A DNA stretch of 64,000 bases from Deltaproteobacteria bacterium (GCA_018657625.1 JABHWU010000095.1:4962-68961), one strand, 5' to 3'. Shown: positions 9,234-17,021, counted from the first letter of the stretch. Translations and numbers: made by a program. The notes: a model not told the origin generated them from the letters alone.

Positions 9234-9320
9234 ACTTTTTTATTGGAAATTGGTGATAACTTGTCTATAAGGGAGGGGTTTACCACAATAGTTAAGTATC
9301 CTGTCACTGATGCTTAAAGA

Positions 9321-10163
9321 TTACGGAACTGTGCAAAGACGGAAGCCAATCCTGCTGTGACGAGCACCCGGCGAACCGTAAGCCCGATCCGCCGATCGCA
9401 AATAGCTGGCGGAATCAATGAAGCTGCCGCCAAGAATCACACGATCCGAGCCCGTCGGGCTTTCCCAGGCACTACCATCTGTGGGGGCTCCGCTGTAACT
9501 GCTATGATACCAATCCTGGGTCCATTCCCAAACATTCCCGTGCATATCGTATAGTCCCCAAGGGTTAGCCGTTTTAGTTTTAACCGCTTTTGTACCGGCA
9601 GGGGAATTGTTGCCACTCCACCAGGCCACACTATTCAGACAGCTATCACTGTCCCCGCAGGAGTATTTGGTCGTGGTACCCGCTCTGGCAGCGAATTCCC
9701 ATTCCGCCTCAGTGCACAAGCGGTAATTGCCACTGGTTTGTCCGTTAAGCCAGCTGATATAGCTTTGCGTTTCTGTCCAGGAAACATAATTTAAGGGATG
9801 GTTTTCTTTGCCACTGGCGCCGTAAGTATAGTAAGAACCGGTGCCACCACTGTAAGTACATCCTCCATCATCCACACATTCTTTATATTCGGCGGCGGTG
9901 ACTTCATGATCGGAGATATAAAAGCTACTAACTGAGACCGAATGCACTGGCAATTCATCACTATCCCCTCCTCCAGCGCTGTCCCCCATCTGAAAAGTAC
10001 CACCGGAGATCAGGACCAGGCCGGTAGAGGTAGCTGAATATTTATTATAATTATCATCGGCGTTTGAGGTTTCATCCACTTCTTTGCAACTGAAGGAGAT
10101 GATGAGTCCGAGGAAGGTGATGGCAATAACCAAGATGATTTGTTTTAGGTTTTTTGGTTTCAT
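9321..10163 (-). CDS. secreted formylglycine-generating-enzyme (FGE-sulfatase/SUMF1) fold protein
   Basis: 280 aa. Signal peptide MKPKNLKQIILVIAITFLGLIISFSC. Blocks HPLNYVSWTETQSYISWLN, NPWGLYDMHGNVWEWTQDWY, RVILGGSF and RIGFRLC. Markedly GC-rich relative to its neighbours. Confidence 0.8.
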   Translation of the reverse strand: MKPKNLKQIILVIAITFLGLIISFSCKEVDETSNADDNYNKYSATSTGLVLISGGTFQMGDSAGGGDSDELPVHSVSVSSFYISDHEVTAAEYKECVDDGGCTYSGGTGSYYTYGASGKENHPLNYVSWTETQSYISWLNGQTSGNYRLCTEAEWEFAARAGTTTKYSCGDSDSCLNSVAWWSGNNSPAGTKAVKTKTANPWGLYDMHGNVWEWTQDWYHSSYSGAPTDGSAWESPTGSDRVILGGSFIDSASYLRSADRAYGSPGARHSRIGFRLCTVP

Positions 10164-10224
10164 GTTTTGATTTCTTTAAATTTTTTATTAAATCTATTTT
10201 TATGGTTTCAAATACACTTTTTCA

Positions 10225-10672
10225 ACCACGGACCACACAGACCACACGGAAATTTTCAGCTTGCCGCATAAACAGCATTACGATAATTATTTCCTTAACA
10301 ATCTTTTTTCTATGTTTCCCTTGTAGACAGTATTTTTTTTACCACGGACCACACGGAAATTATCAGCCTGCCGCATAAACAGTATTACGATAATTATCTC
10401 CAAAGTACTTTTTTCTATATCTTCCATGTAGGCAGTACTTTTTTTACCACGGACCACACAGACCACACGGAAATTTTCAGCCTGCCGTATAAACAGTATT
10501 ACGATAATTATCTCCAAAGTACTTTTTTCTATATTTCCCTTGTAGGCAGTATTTTTTTTACCACGGACCACACAGACCATACAGAAATTTTCAGCATGCC
10601 GCATAAACAGTACGGCGATATTTATCTCTGTAACGGTCTTTTTTCCGTGTGGTCAGTGTGGTCCGTGGTTAT
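10225..10672 (+). repeat. tandem array (4 units of 116, 105, 114 and ~113 bp) of MITE-like repeat family A
   Basis: Units start with ACCACGGACCACAC(AGACCACAC)GGAAATT at 10225, 10341, 10446 and 10560. Only the last unit ends in the inverted terminus CCGTGTGGTCAGTGTGGTCCGTGGT. ORFs 10154-10378(+), 10287-10604(-) and 10596-10793(+) are read-through artefacts. Confidence 0.9.
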
Positions 10673-10763
10673 TTTTTTTATCACCATATACACAGACCAT
10701 ACAGAATTTTACTACTTAGTGTCTGAACGGAAATATCAAATATTCAGGTTGGTTGCTCATAAT

Positions 10764-10866
10764 CCGGAAATTTGGGTACACGTAACGATCTAGTATTTCG
10801 TAGTTAAGTCTTTGCTAAGTATTGTACATGTCCCCAAATTTCCTGCTTTTCATTCAGGCACTACCT
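10764..10866 (+). repeat. dispersed repeat family C (..GGGTACACGTAAC....TGTACATGTCCCCAAATT..TTCAGGCACTA)
   Basis: Same ~100-nt unit occurs at 53322-53424 and 56448-56522. Inverted copies lie at 34033-34125 and 55400-55535. Confidence 0.85.
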
Positions 10867-10872
10867 AATAAT

Positions 10873-10940
10873 CTTTTTTCCGTGTGGTCAGTGTGGTCCG
10901 TGGTTAATTTCTTTTTCACCATATACACAGACCATACGGA
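10873..10940 (+). repeat. partial family A repeat (right terminus only)
   Basis: TCTTTTTTCCGTGTGGTCAGTGTGGTCCGTGGTTAA...ATATACACAGACCATACGGA duplicates 10637-10707. Confidence 0.8.
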
Positions 10941-10945
10941 GGTTT

Positions 10946-12934
10946 TTAAAATTTTATTTCAAAAGCCAATTGGATGTTTCCATTGGGTAACAACTCCGGT
11001 TGCCAGGATGTAGTTTCCGGGTCCTTGGGTTCATCCAGATAGATCCAGGTGGCTAAGGCTAAAAAACTGACCGAGAGAATTCCCCCTAATTGCGCATTTT
11101 CATTATGGGATTTAACATCTTCATTATACGTCTTGGCTTGATCCCGATGGGTGGCCGCCTGCGCAAGACTGGGGGCCGATAAAATCGCGTCTTCTTCAGT
11201 TTTTTGATTTTCACTGGCTGCCTGAGCCTGCTGATTCTCCGATAATGCATAATAACCGCTGGCCAAAGCACCGACCAGGGAAAGCCCCCATTTCCAGTAC
11301 CAGTTACCGTGCTGGTTAACCAGTTCCTGGCGGGAATAGCGATCATAGATATCAATAGTGAGGGATTCAGTTAAACCATCCCGGATGGTTATTTGTTTGG
11401 AACCGGTTTTATTATCAGAAATGATTTTCACTTGATGATGCCCGGCCGGCAATGATAAATTAGCAGGCACCTCACCCATTTTCTCCCCATCAATAAATAC
11501 ATCCGCCCCTTTTTGGTAGGGCATACTGCTGATCATCAGGTTTCCTTGTAGCCTGCGCAGGGTGGCCTCATTTTCGTTGATGGTTTCGCTTTTTCCGTTA
11601 GCGATGGTAATCTTATAATCCAACGGATCATAACCCTGTTTTTTAATTTTTAATTGGTATTTACCAGCAGCTAACTTTTGTTCTTTAGGAGCCATAAATT
11701 GAGAAACCAGTTTGTTTTCCTGATTGTAGATATTAATCATCGTATCCGGCGGATTGGTTTTGATCTTCAGGATTCCGAAATTAGGTTTTAACACGAATAG
11801 TTTCGTGGTTTGCTTTTCGGCTTGAATACCTATTTGTCGGTTTTCTTTTGACAGATAGAGTGGATAATCGAGGCTGATCAAGTAATTGCCGGATAAAATA
11901 CGCCGGTTTTGGTAGGGGGTTGTCCCAACTTTTGCTCCGGCCAGATAGACGTTGGCGCCGGGTGGATCGCTGTTTACGATCAGGCTGCCATATTTAGACT
12001 TCAGTTTAATGGGACCGACTTCATTGATTCCCCCTTTTAAGGTCATGACCAGATTTTTATCTGAAACATCAGGATGCTTCAGAGTGACCTTTAGTTGCTG
12101 GCCCGGTTTTAAGCGCATATTCTGATAGGGTGTTACACCGGCTTTGATATTACCGAAGTAGACTTCCGCTTTAGTGGGAATGGTGTCTAAAATCAAGGCG
12201 GCAATGTTTGAGGTTTGATCACCACTAAATTTGAGAGTGACGCGTTCCACACCGCCTTGAAATGAAGCGGAACCGGTATGGTTCAAAAATTGTACTGAAC
12301 CGCTGCCACCTGATAGTTTCTCTGATAATGTTTCCAAAGCTTGATCCAGCGTCTCCAGACTACCGGTATGTTTAACCGTTTCAAAAGCGATGATGGAACC
12401 ATTTTTGATATTCATCATTTTGGCTGATAACACATACATACCCTCCATCAATTTAGAAAAGGAACTGGAGATCACACGATCCACCCCCAGTTGTTCCCCG
12501 ATAACAGTGACACATTCATCCCGTGTGCAGCCAGTGGAAGTTTGGATCTGATCCGCATCCATTTTATCAATTTCAGCACTGCTGGCCATATTGAACTGAC
12601 GGCTTCCAGCCAGGGCAGCCCGAAAGATTTCGCTGAAGCCTTTTCTTTGAGCGTTGGTCAAATTATCAGCTTCCAGGTCTAATACAGCCACCAGAGCTTT
12701 GTTGACCGATTTTTTAGAGATATAAGCGACACTGGTCTGGGCCAATACTTCCCCTGACAACATCCCCTTTAACGCTTGCAGGCGCAGTGTGCTTGTCTTA
12801 CCTTTTTGCTCATAGGTGCTATGGATAAAAATCGCATTGGAAGCAGAAACTCTGGCGACCGCCTGTGATTCTATCAGCATTTTGACGTCCGGTAAGACTT
12901 TCTCCAAAGTAAAATAGAGTTTGATTTCGATCAA
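10946..12934 (-). CDS. PEGA-domain protein with N-terminal CsgG/LpoB-like module and C-terminal membrane anchor
   Basis: 662 aa. Block VAVLDLEADNL...GCTRDECVTVIGEQLGVDRVISS. Repeated PEGA-type units (EVYFGNIKAGVTPYQN, NVYLAGAKVGTTPYQN, DVFIDGEKMGEVPANLSLPAGHHQVKI). Two hydrophobic helices near the C-terminus. No N-terminal signal peptide and a TTG start, so the 5' end is uncertain. Confidence 0.7.
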   Translation of the reverse strand: MIEIKLYFTLEKVLPDVKMLIESQAVARVSASNAIFIHSTYEQKGKTSTLRLQALKGMLSGEVLAQTSVAYISKKSVNKALVAVLDLEADNLTNAQRKGFSEIFRAALAGSRQFNMASSAEIDKMDADQIQTSTGCTRDECVTVIGEQLGVDRVISSSFSKLMEGMYVLSAKMMNIKNGSIIAFETVKHTGSLETLDQALETLSEKLSGGSGSVQFLNHTGSASFQGGVERVTLKFSGDQTSNIAALILDTIPTKAEVYFGNIKAGVTPYQNMRLKPGQQLKVTLKHPDVSDKNLVMTLKGGINEVGPIKLKSKYGSLIVNSDPPGANVYLAGAKVGTTPYQNRRILSGNYLISLDYPLYLSKENRQIGIQAEKQTTKLFVLKPNFGILKIKTNPPDTMINIYNQENKLVSQFMAPKEQKLAAGKYQLKIKKQGYDPLDYKITIANGKSETINENEATLRRLQGNLMISSMPYQKGADVFIDGEKMGEVPANLSLPAGHHQVKIISDNKTGSKQITIRDGLTESLTIDIYDRYSRQELVNQHGNWYWKWGLSLVGALASGYYALSENQQAQAASENQKTEEDAILSAPSLAQAATHRDQAKTYNEDVKSHNENAQLGGILSVSFLALATWIYLDEPKDPETTSWQPELLPNGNIQLAFEIKF

Positions 12935-13171
12935 CTCGGCAGTTTTATCTTTCTTTTTGGAGTGGTAATTTTGGACACCGATAATCAGTTGTTTAGAAAG
13001 GTCAATGGTTTATGGATTTACTATCGTTTGATCCGACTGGATCAAGTGAAGTGGAACTTCTCTAAAACTCATGTAATGAATATTTTTATTAGCGGGGTAT
13101 ATCTAGTGCATTTACCTTTAATAGATCCTGATGCCTGTACTCGGCAAAATGATTACAACGAACTTGGTCCT

Positions 13172-13385
13172 GTCATTTCGACGAGCCCGCGAGGAGAAAT
13201 CTTATAAATTGAGATAAAAAAGATCTCTCCTCATACTTCGTCGAGATGACACCTGGTAATAGTTTGATTTTAAAGGCATAAAATTTAAGTTCATTAACAG
13301 TTACCCAAACCGGTGCCCGGTAAGATGTTTGCAATAAACTTGTCTGAGTCTGTGGATCAAGCGTCAAGCGGATCCACGCAGAAAA
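13172..13385 (+). repeat. composite repeat family D (long imperfect palindrome plus conserved ~170 nt)
   Basis: GTCATTTCGACGAG..GGAGAAATCTT / AAGATCTCTCC..CTTCGTCGAGATGAC palindrome (13172-13251). 13207-13385 aligns with 56569-56775. Confidence 0.8.
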
Positions 13386-13493
13386 GCTTCAAACGTTGGG
13401 TCCGCTGACGCTTGCCCCGACCAACGGTTTATCTGCATTAAAACAAGTCGCAGAGAACTCAACGTTCACAGAAAATCATGAATTACGCCTTTT

Positions 13494-13569
13494 CAGTGTG
13501 GTCCGTGTGGTCCGTGGTAAGAAGTTTTTTCTCAAAGCAGAAAAGAAAGGCGACCACGGACCACACGGA
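13494..13569 (+). repeat. short hairpin form of family A termini
   Basis: CAGTGTGGTCCGTGTGGTCCGTGG ... CGACCACGGACCACACGGAA form inverted arms around a ~30-nt loop. Confidence 0.75.
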
Positions 13570-13686
13570 AACTACAGATTTTCGTAACTTATTGTAATTA
13601 TTATTTATAAATTCAAGTTCATTAACAGATAATGACTGACCAAAAGTACCCAAAATCGGAAAAACTATTCTAAAATATTTAACAAC

Positions 13687-14133
13687 ATGAATCAAATAGC
13701 TGTAATAATACCAAATAAAAAGGTGGATAAAATCCTGGAATTATTGCTAAATAAGAAGCAAGACTTGTTGGAATCACTGTTAGTCTGCTCACAGAAATTT
13801 AATTTTGTGACGGTAGAAACAGAACTGGAGGCATTGCTTAAACGCCGCCAGGAAATTTTTATGCAATTACAGATTAATGACCGGTGTATTGATAAACGCT
13901 GTGATCAACTAAAAGTTTCAGGAAAAGCTCTCTACCCGGAAATTGTTAGTAATTTCAAAAGATTATTAACAATCATTACTGAAAACAACCAACAGTCTAT
14001 TCAAAATTATGAAAAAGAAAAAATACAGTTAAAATTGGAAAAATTAAAGCTAAATGAAGGAAATAAATTATCCGGTTATATTTACCAACAAAAAGCAAAG
14101 GTTACTTTTAAATCTATCTTAAATAAGAAATGA
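13687..14133 (+). CDS. hypothetical helical protein, possibly FlgN-like flagellar chaperone
   Basis: 148 aa, all-helical, Leu/Gln/Lys-rich. Lies upstream of a FlaG-like gene. No diagnostic motif. Its stop codon TGA (14131-14133) lies inside a family B repeat. Confidence 0.3.
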   Translation: MNQIAVIIPNKKVDKILELLLNKKQDLLESLLVCSQKFNFVTVETELEALLKRRQEIFMQLQINDRCIDKRCDQLKVSGKALYPEIVSNFKRLLTIITENNQQSIQNYEKEKIQLKLEKLKLNEGNKLSGYIYQQKAKVTFKSILNKK

Positions 14134-14420
14134 ACTACCCCGCCGCAAGCGGACGGGGTATTAAACCCAAAGCTGCGCAATTAACCACGGACCACACTGA
14201 ACACACTGAAAAAAGTTCGTTACGGAGATAAATATCGCCGTACTGTTTATGCGGCATGCAGATAACTTCCGTGTGGTCTGTGTGTTCCGTGGTAAAAAAA
14301 AATGAACTACCCCGCTGTCAACGGGCGGGGTATCCACGCAATGATAAAACGTCCCAAGGGGCGGGTATTAACCCCAAAGCGGCACAATGACAGAACGTAT
14401 TAAACCTAAAGCGGCGCAAT
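14130..14420 (+). repeat. composite repeat block: B(short) - A(inverted) - B(long)
   Basis: 14130-14182 is ATGAACTACCCCGCCGCAAGCGGACGGGGTATTAAACCCAAAGCTGCGCAATTAA. 14183-14293 is a family A unit in reverse orientation. 14302-14420 is the long form of B. Confidence 0.85.
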
Positions 14421-14436
14421 AAAAGCAGGAGGATAT

Positions 14437-14823
14437 ATGAAAACTGATAAAGTCAACCCGGCTCAGAATTATCAACACCTGATAAAGGAAAAACACGAGC
14501 AGGAACAGGCAAACAAAGAAATGATCAAAGGTAAAAACGACCAGTCCTACATCGTAGAAAAATCAGAATATGATAAAAAAGAAGCCAAAGAAAATATTCA
14601 AAAAATTACACAATTAGAGTCTGTTAAAAAACATATTCAGGAAAACATTCAATGGAAAAGAATGAAATTCCGAAGGCATGAAGAGAACAATAGAATTTAT
14701 ATTGATATTATTGATCGGGAATCCAATGAAGTTATTAAAACAATCCCAGAAACAGAATTTATAAAATTATCACACCAGGCAGCGAAGAACAATCCCGGCT
14801 TAAATATTAATATCAGTGGGTAA
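14437..14823 (+). CDS. flaG: flagellar protein FlaG-like
   Basis: 128 aa. AGGAGG lies 6 nt upstream of the ATG. C-terminal block RIYIDIIDRESNEVIKTIPETEFIKL matches the FlaG signature (v.v.D..tgEvIrqIP.ee.l). Confidence 0.55.
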   Translation: MKTDKVNPAQNYQHLIKEKHEQEQANKEMIKGKNDQSYIVEKSEYDKKEAKENIQKITQLESVKKHIQENIQWKRMKFRRHEENNRIYIDIIDRESNEVIKTIPETEFIKLSHQAAKNNPGLNINISG

Positions 14824-15121
14824 CTCGGTGAAAAATTCTTATCTCATTCAACGAATTTTAGGGAAAATCATCGGCAGTTCAGATAAAAAAGATGATTTAA
14901 GTAAACTTAATATTTCCAGGGAAGGTAAAGCCAAAGCAGGAAAATACTATCAGGGAACAAAGGGTAAAATAACCCCTAAACAGAAGAAACAAGCTTCTAA
15001 ATCGCAAGTAAATGAATTTGTGCAATATCAAAAGGAGATAGAAGCGATAAAACTATTAAAATCTTCAGATAAACTAAAATCTCCCGGTAAAATTTTAAAA
15101 CTTCCAATATCAAAAAAATAA
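14816..15121 (+). CDS. hypothetical Lys-rich small protein
   Basis: 101-aa ORF with a GTG start overlapping the flaG-like stop. No recognisable motif. Confidence 0.3.
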   Translation: MGNSVKNSYLIQRILGKIIGSSDKKDDLSKLNISREGKAKAGKYYQGTKGKITPKQKKQASKSQVNEFVQYQKEIEAIKLLKSSDKLKSPGKILKLPISKK

Positions 15122-15139
15122 GAAATTTTATAGCGATAT

Positions 15140-16960
15140 TCAAAGATCGTTCTTACTATTCCCCAAAATGGTATCTATAAACTGAAAAGTATTCACATCG
15201 AACAAACCTCTGTTTGTGATTCTGATGTCAGGAATGACCGGTAAAGCCATTAATGCCATTGTCATAAAAGGAGATACAAGATCACATCCCAGTATTTCCC
15301 AGGCCTTTTCTAACTGCTGTATTGCTGCTTGAACTATTTCTGCGGATTGGTCAGACATCAAGCCGGCGATCGGTAATTCAACCTGGGCAACAACCTCACC
15401 TTCATTGACAGCCATCATCCCCCCACCAATTTTAGCCAGTGAATTCCCAGCCATAGCCATATCAGTATCATTCGTACCAACGATCAATAAATTATGGGCA
15501 TCATGGGCATAGGTAGACGCAACAGCTCCTCTTTTAAACCGAAATCCCTTAACAAAACCAACGGCCCTGGAACCTGTCAAATGATGCCGTTCAAAGACGG
15601 CTACTTTGGCAATATTTTTTTCAATATTTGCCATGACACACCCATTTTGAGTTTCCAGCTCTACAATTTTACATTTCGTCCCGACTTTTGCCTCTTCAAT
15701 TTGAATGGCATTAACCCTGACCCTGGCAAGGTCGCTTTTAATATCGAAATCAGATTCAATAATGGGTTGTTTTAGCTTAACGGTGTTTTTGGCCCAAGCC
15801 GGATAACTGACTAAAGGTGGTTTTTCTTTCAGTACCCCTTTTTCGGCCACTAATTTACCTGAAATCAGTACTTTATCTACTTTGACGGTTTCCAGATCAT
15901 CCAAAATATTGATGTCAGCAATTTTTCCAGGTGAGACACTTCCAAAATCAGGGGTTAAATAAAAGCATTCGGCAACATTCAAAGTCACCATAGATATCGC
16001 TTCCACTGGTGAAACACCTTCTTCGATCGCTCTTCGAACAATATAATCCATGTGCCCATTCTTGATCAGCGTTTCGGGATGACTGTCATCACTCACTAAA
16101 ATCGCAAATCGACTGGATATTTTGTGCTGGGTGATGGATTTAATAACCTCCTTTAAATCGTGCCAGGCAGAGCCTTCCCGGATTTTTACATACATCCCTA
16201 AACGCATTTTTGCGATTGCGTCTTCATATCGAACCGTTTCATGACAAGATCTTAAACCTGCGCCAATATAGGCATTTAACATTTTACCGGTTTCAGGAAT
16301 TGAAAAATGTCCTGTGACACATTTACCAGCCTTTAAGGTGGAAGTTATTGCCTGGTGGACCTGTTCATCACTCTGAATAACCCCTGGAAAGTTCATCATC
16401 TCCCCTAAACCGATAAAGGCCTCCTGTTTAATCTGTTTGGCTATTTCCTTAGCTGTTATTTCCGCGCCTGTGTCTTCCAGACCCGGAGCAGCAGGCACAC
16501 AAGAGGGCAGTGTTGTATAAACCCGAAGGGGCAGTGCCTTAGATTCATCAACCATTAAATCAACACCCCTCATTCCCAGAACATTAGCAATTTCATGGGG
16601 ATCCATAAAAATCGCTGATGTTCCATGGGGAACAACTGAATGGCTATACTGAGATACCGTCAAAAAACTACTTTCTACATGAATGTGACCATCCATAAAA
16701 CCTGGTGTGATATACTTGGCCGTCGCATCAATGACTTCCGTTTCCCCTCCAAGACAGTGATCGGCTGAACCAACCAGAGCAATACGATCAGCTTTGATAG
16801 CCACATCGACACCCGATATTATTTCCAGAGTATTAACATTGATTAAGTTTCCATTCTTAATTACCATATCGGCCTTTTTTCTGCCCATGGCTACAGCTGA
16901 CAATAAGCGGGTAATATCGTTTAAAGGTGTCATTGATTGCATATATTTTGAATTAGTCAA
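15140..16960 (-). CDS. ade: adenine deaminase (amidohydrolase superfamily)
   Basis: 606 aa. N-terminal metal-binding block ITPGFMDGHIHVESS. Length and layout are typical of Ade. Start uncertain (TTG 16960 or ATG 16942). Confidence 0.85.
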   Translation of the reverse strand: MTNSKYMQSMTPLNDITRLLSAVAMGRKKADMVIKNGNLINVNTLEIISGVDVAIKADRIALVGSADHCLGGETEVIDATAKYITPGFMDGHIHVESSFLTVSQYSHSVVPHGTSAIFMDPHEIANVLGMRGVDLMVDESKALPLRVYTTLPSCVPAAPGLEDTGAEITAKEIAKQIKQEAFIGLGEMMNFPGVIQSDEQVHQAITSTLKAGKCVTGHFSIPETGKMLNAYIGAGLRSCHETVRYEDAIAKMRLGMYVKIREGSAWHDLKEVIKSITQHKISSRFAILVSDDSHPETLIKNGHMDYIVRRAIEEGVSPVEAISMVTLNVAECFYLTPDFGSVSPGKIADINILDDLETVKVDKVLISGKLVAEKGVLKEKPPLVSYPAWAKNTVKLKQPIIESDFDIKSDLARVRVNAIQIEEAKVGTKCKIVELETQNGCVMANIEKNIAKVAVFERHHLTGSRAVGFVKGFRFKRGAVASTYAHDAHNLLIVGTNDTDMAMAGNSLAKIGGGMMAVNEGEVVAQVELPIAGLMSDQSAEIVQAAIQQLEKAWEILGCDLVSPFMTMALMALPVIPDIRITNRGLFDVNTFQFIDTILGNSKNDL

Positions 16961-17021
16961 TATTTGAGGAGGGGCAGGGTAAGGTTATCCTGAAATTGGG
17001 GTGGAAAACTTATTTTTAAAT

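Noticed and set aside
4843-9270. Three plus-strand ORFs starting MISYSRSFDDSANFLTSVDFPT (4843-5082, 6154-6480, 9022-9270) that look like a conserved small-protein family
   Set aside because: They are the antisense reading of the Walker A region of the minus-strand ATPase gene and its two stubs. The sense strand gives a canonical P-loop protein.
9321-9480. DGR variable region with a cognate template repeat and reverse transcriptase inside this window
   Set aside because: I found no second copy of the 3' end of the FGE-fold gene. No ORF in the 64 kb has reverse-transcriptase motifs. Only the remote-target hypothesis remains (listed as a low-certainty finding).
10225-10700. Regularly spaced ~25-nt repeats that at first glance resemble a CRISPR array
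   Set aside because: The whole 105-116-nt unit is repeated, including the would-be spacers (nearly identical between units). The repeats are inverted-terminus sequences of a dispersed element found elsewhere in the window. No cas genes are present.
10154-11013. ORFs 10154-10378(+), 10287-10604(-), 10596-10793(+) and 10822-11013(+) with repetitive peptides (VVRGKKNTAYKGNIEKSTLEIIIVILF..., SVWSVWSVV)
   Set aside because: These are translations across tandem or dispersed DNA repeats. The periodic identical peptides track the DNA period. There are no ribosome-binding sites and no coding-like composition.
13173-13695. Short ORFs in the repeat block (13173-13367, 13396-13587, 13483-13695), and likewise 56513-56843
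   Set aside because: They lie wholly inside dispersed repeat families A and D and recur only because the DNA repeat recurs.
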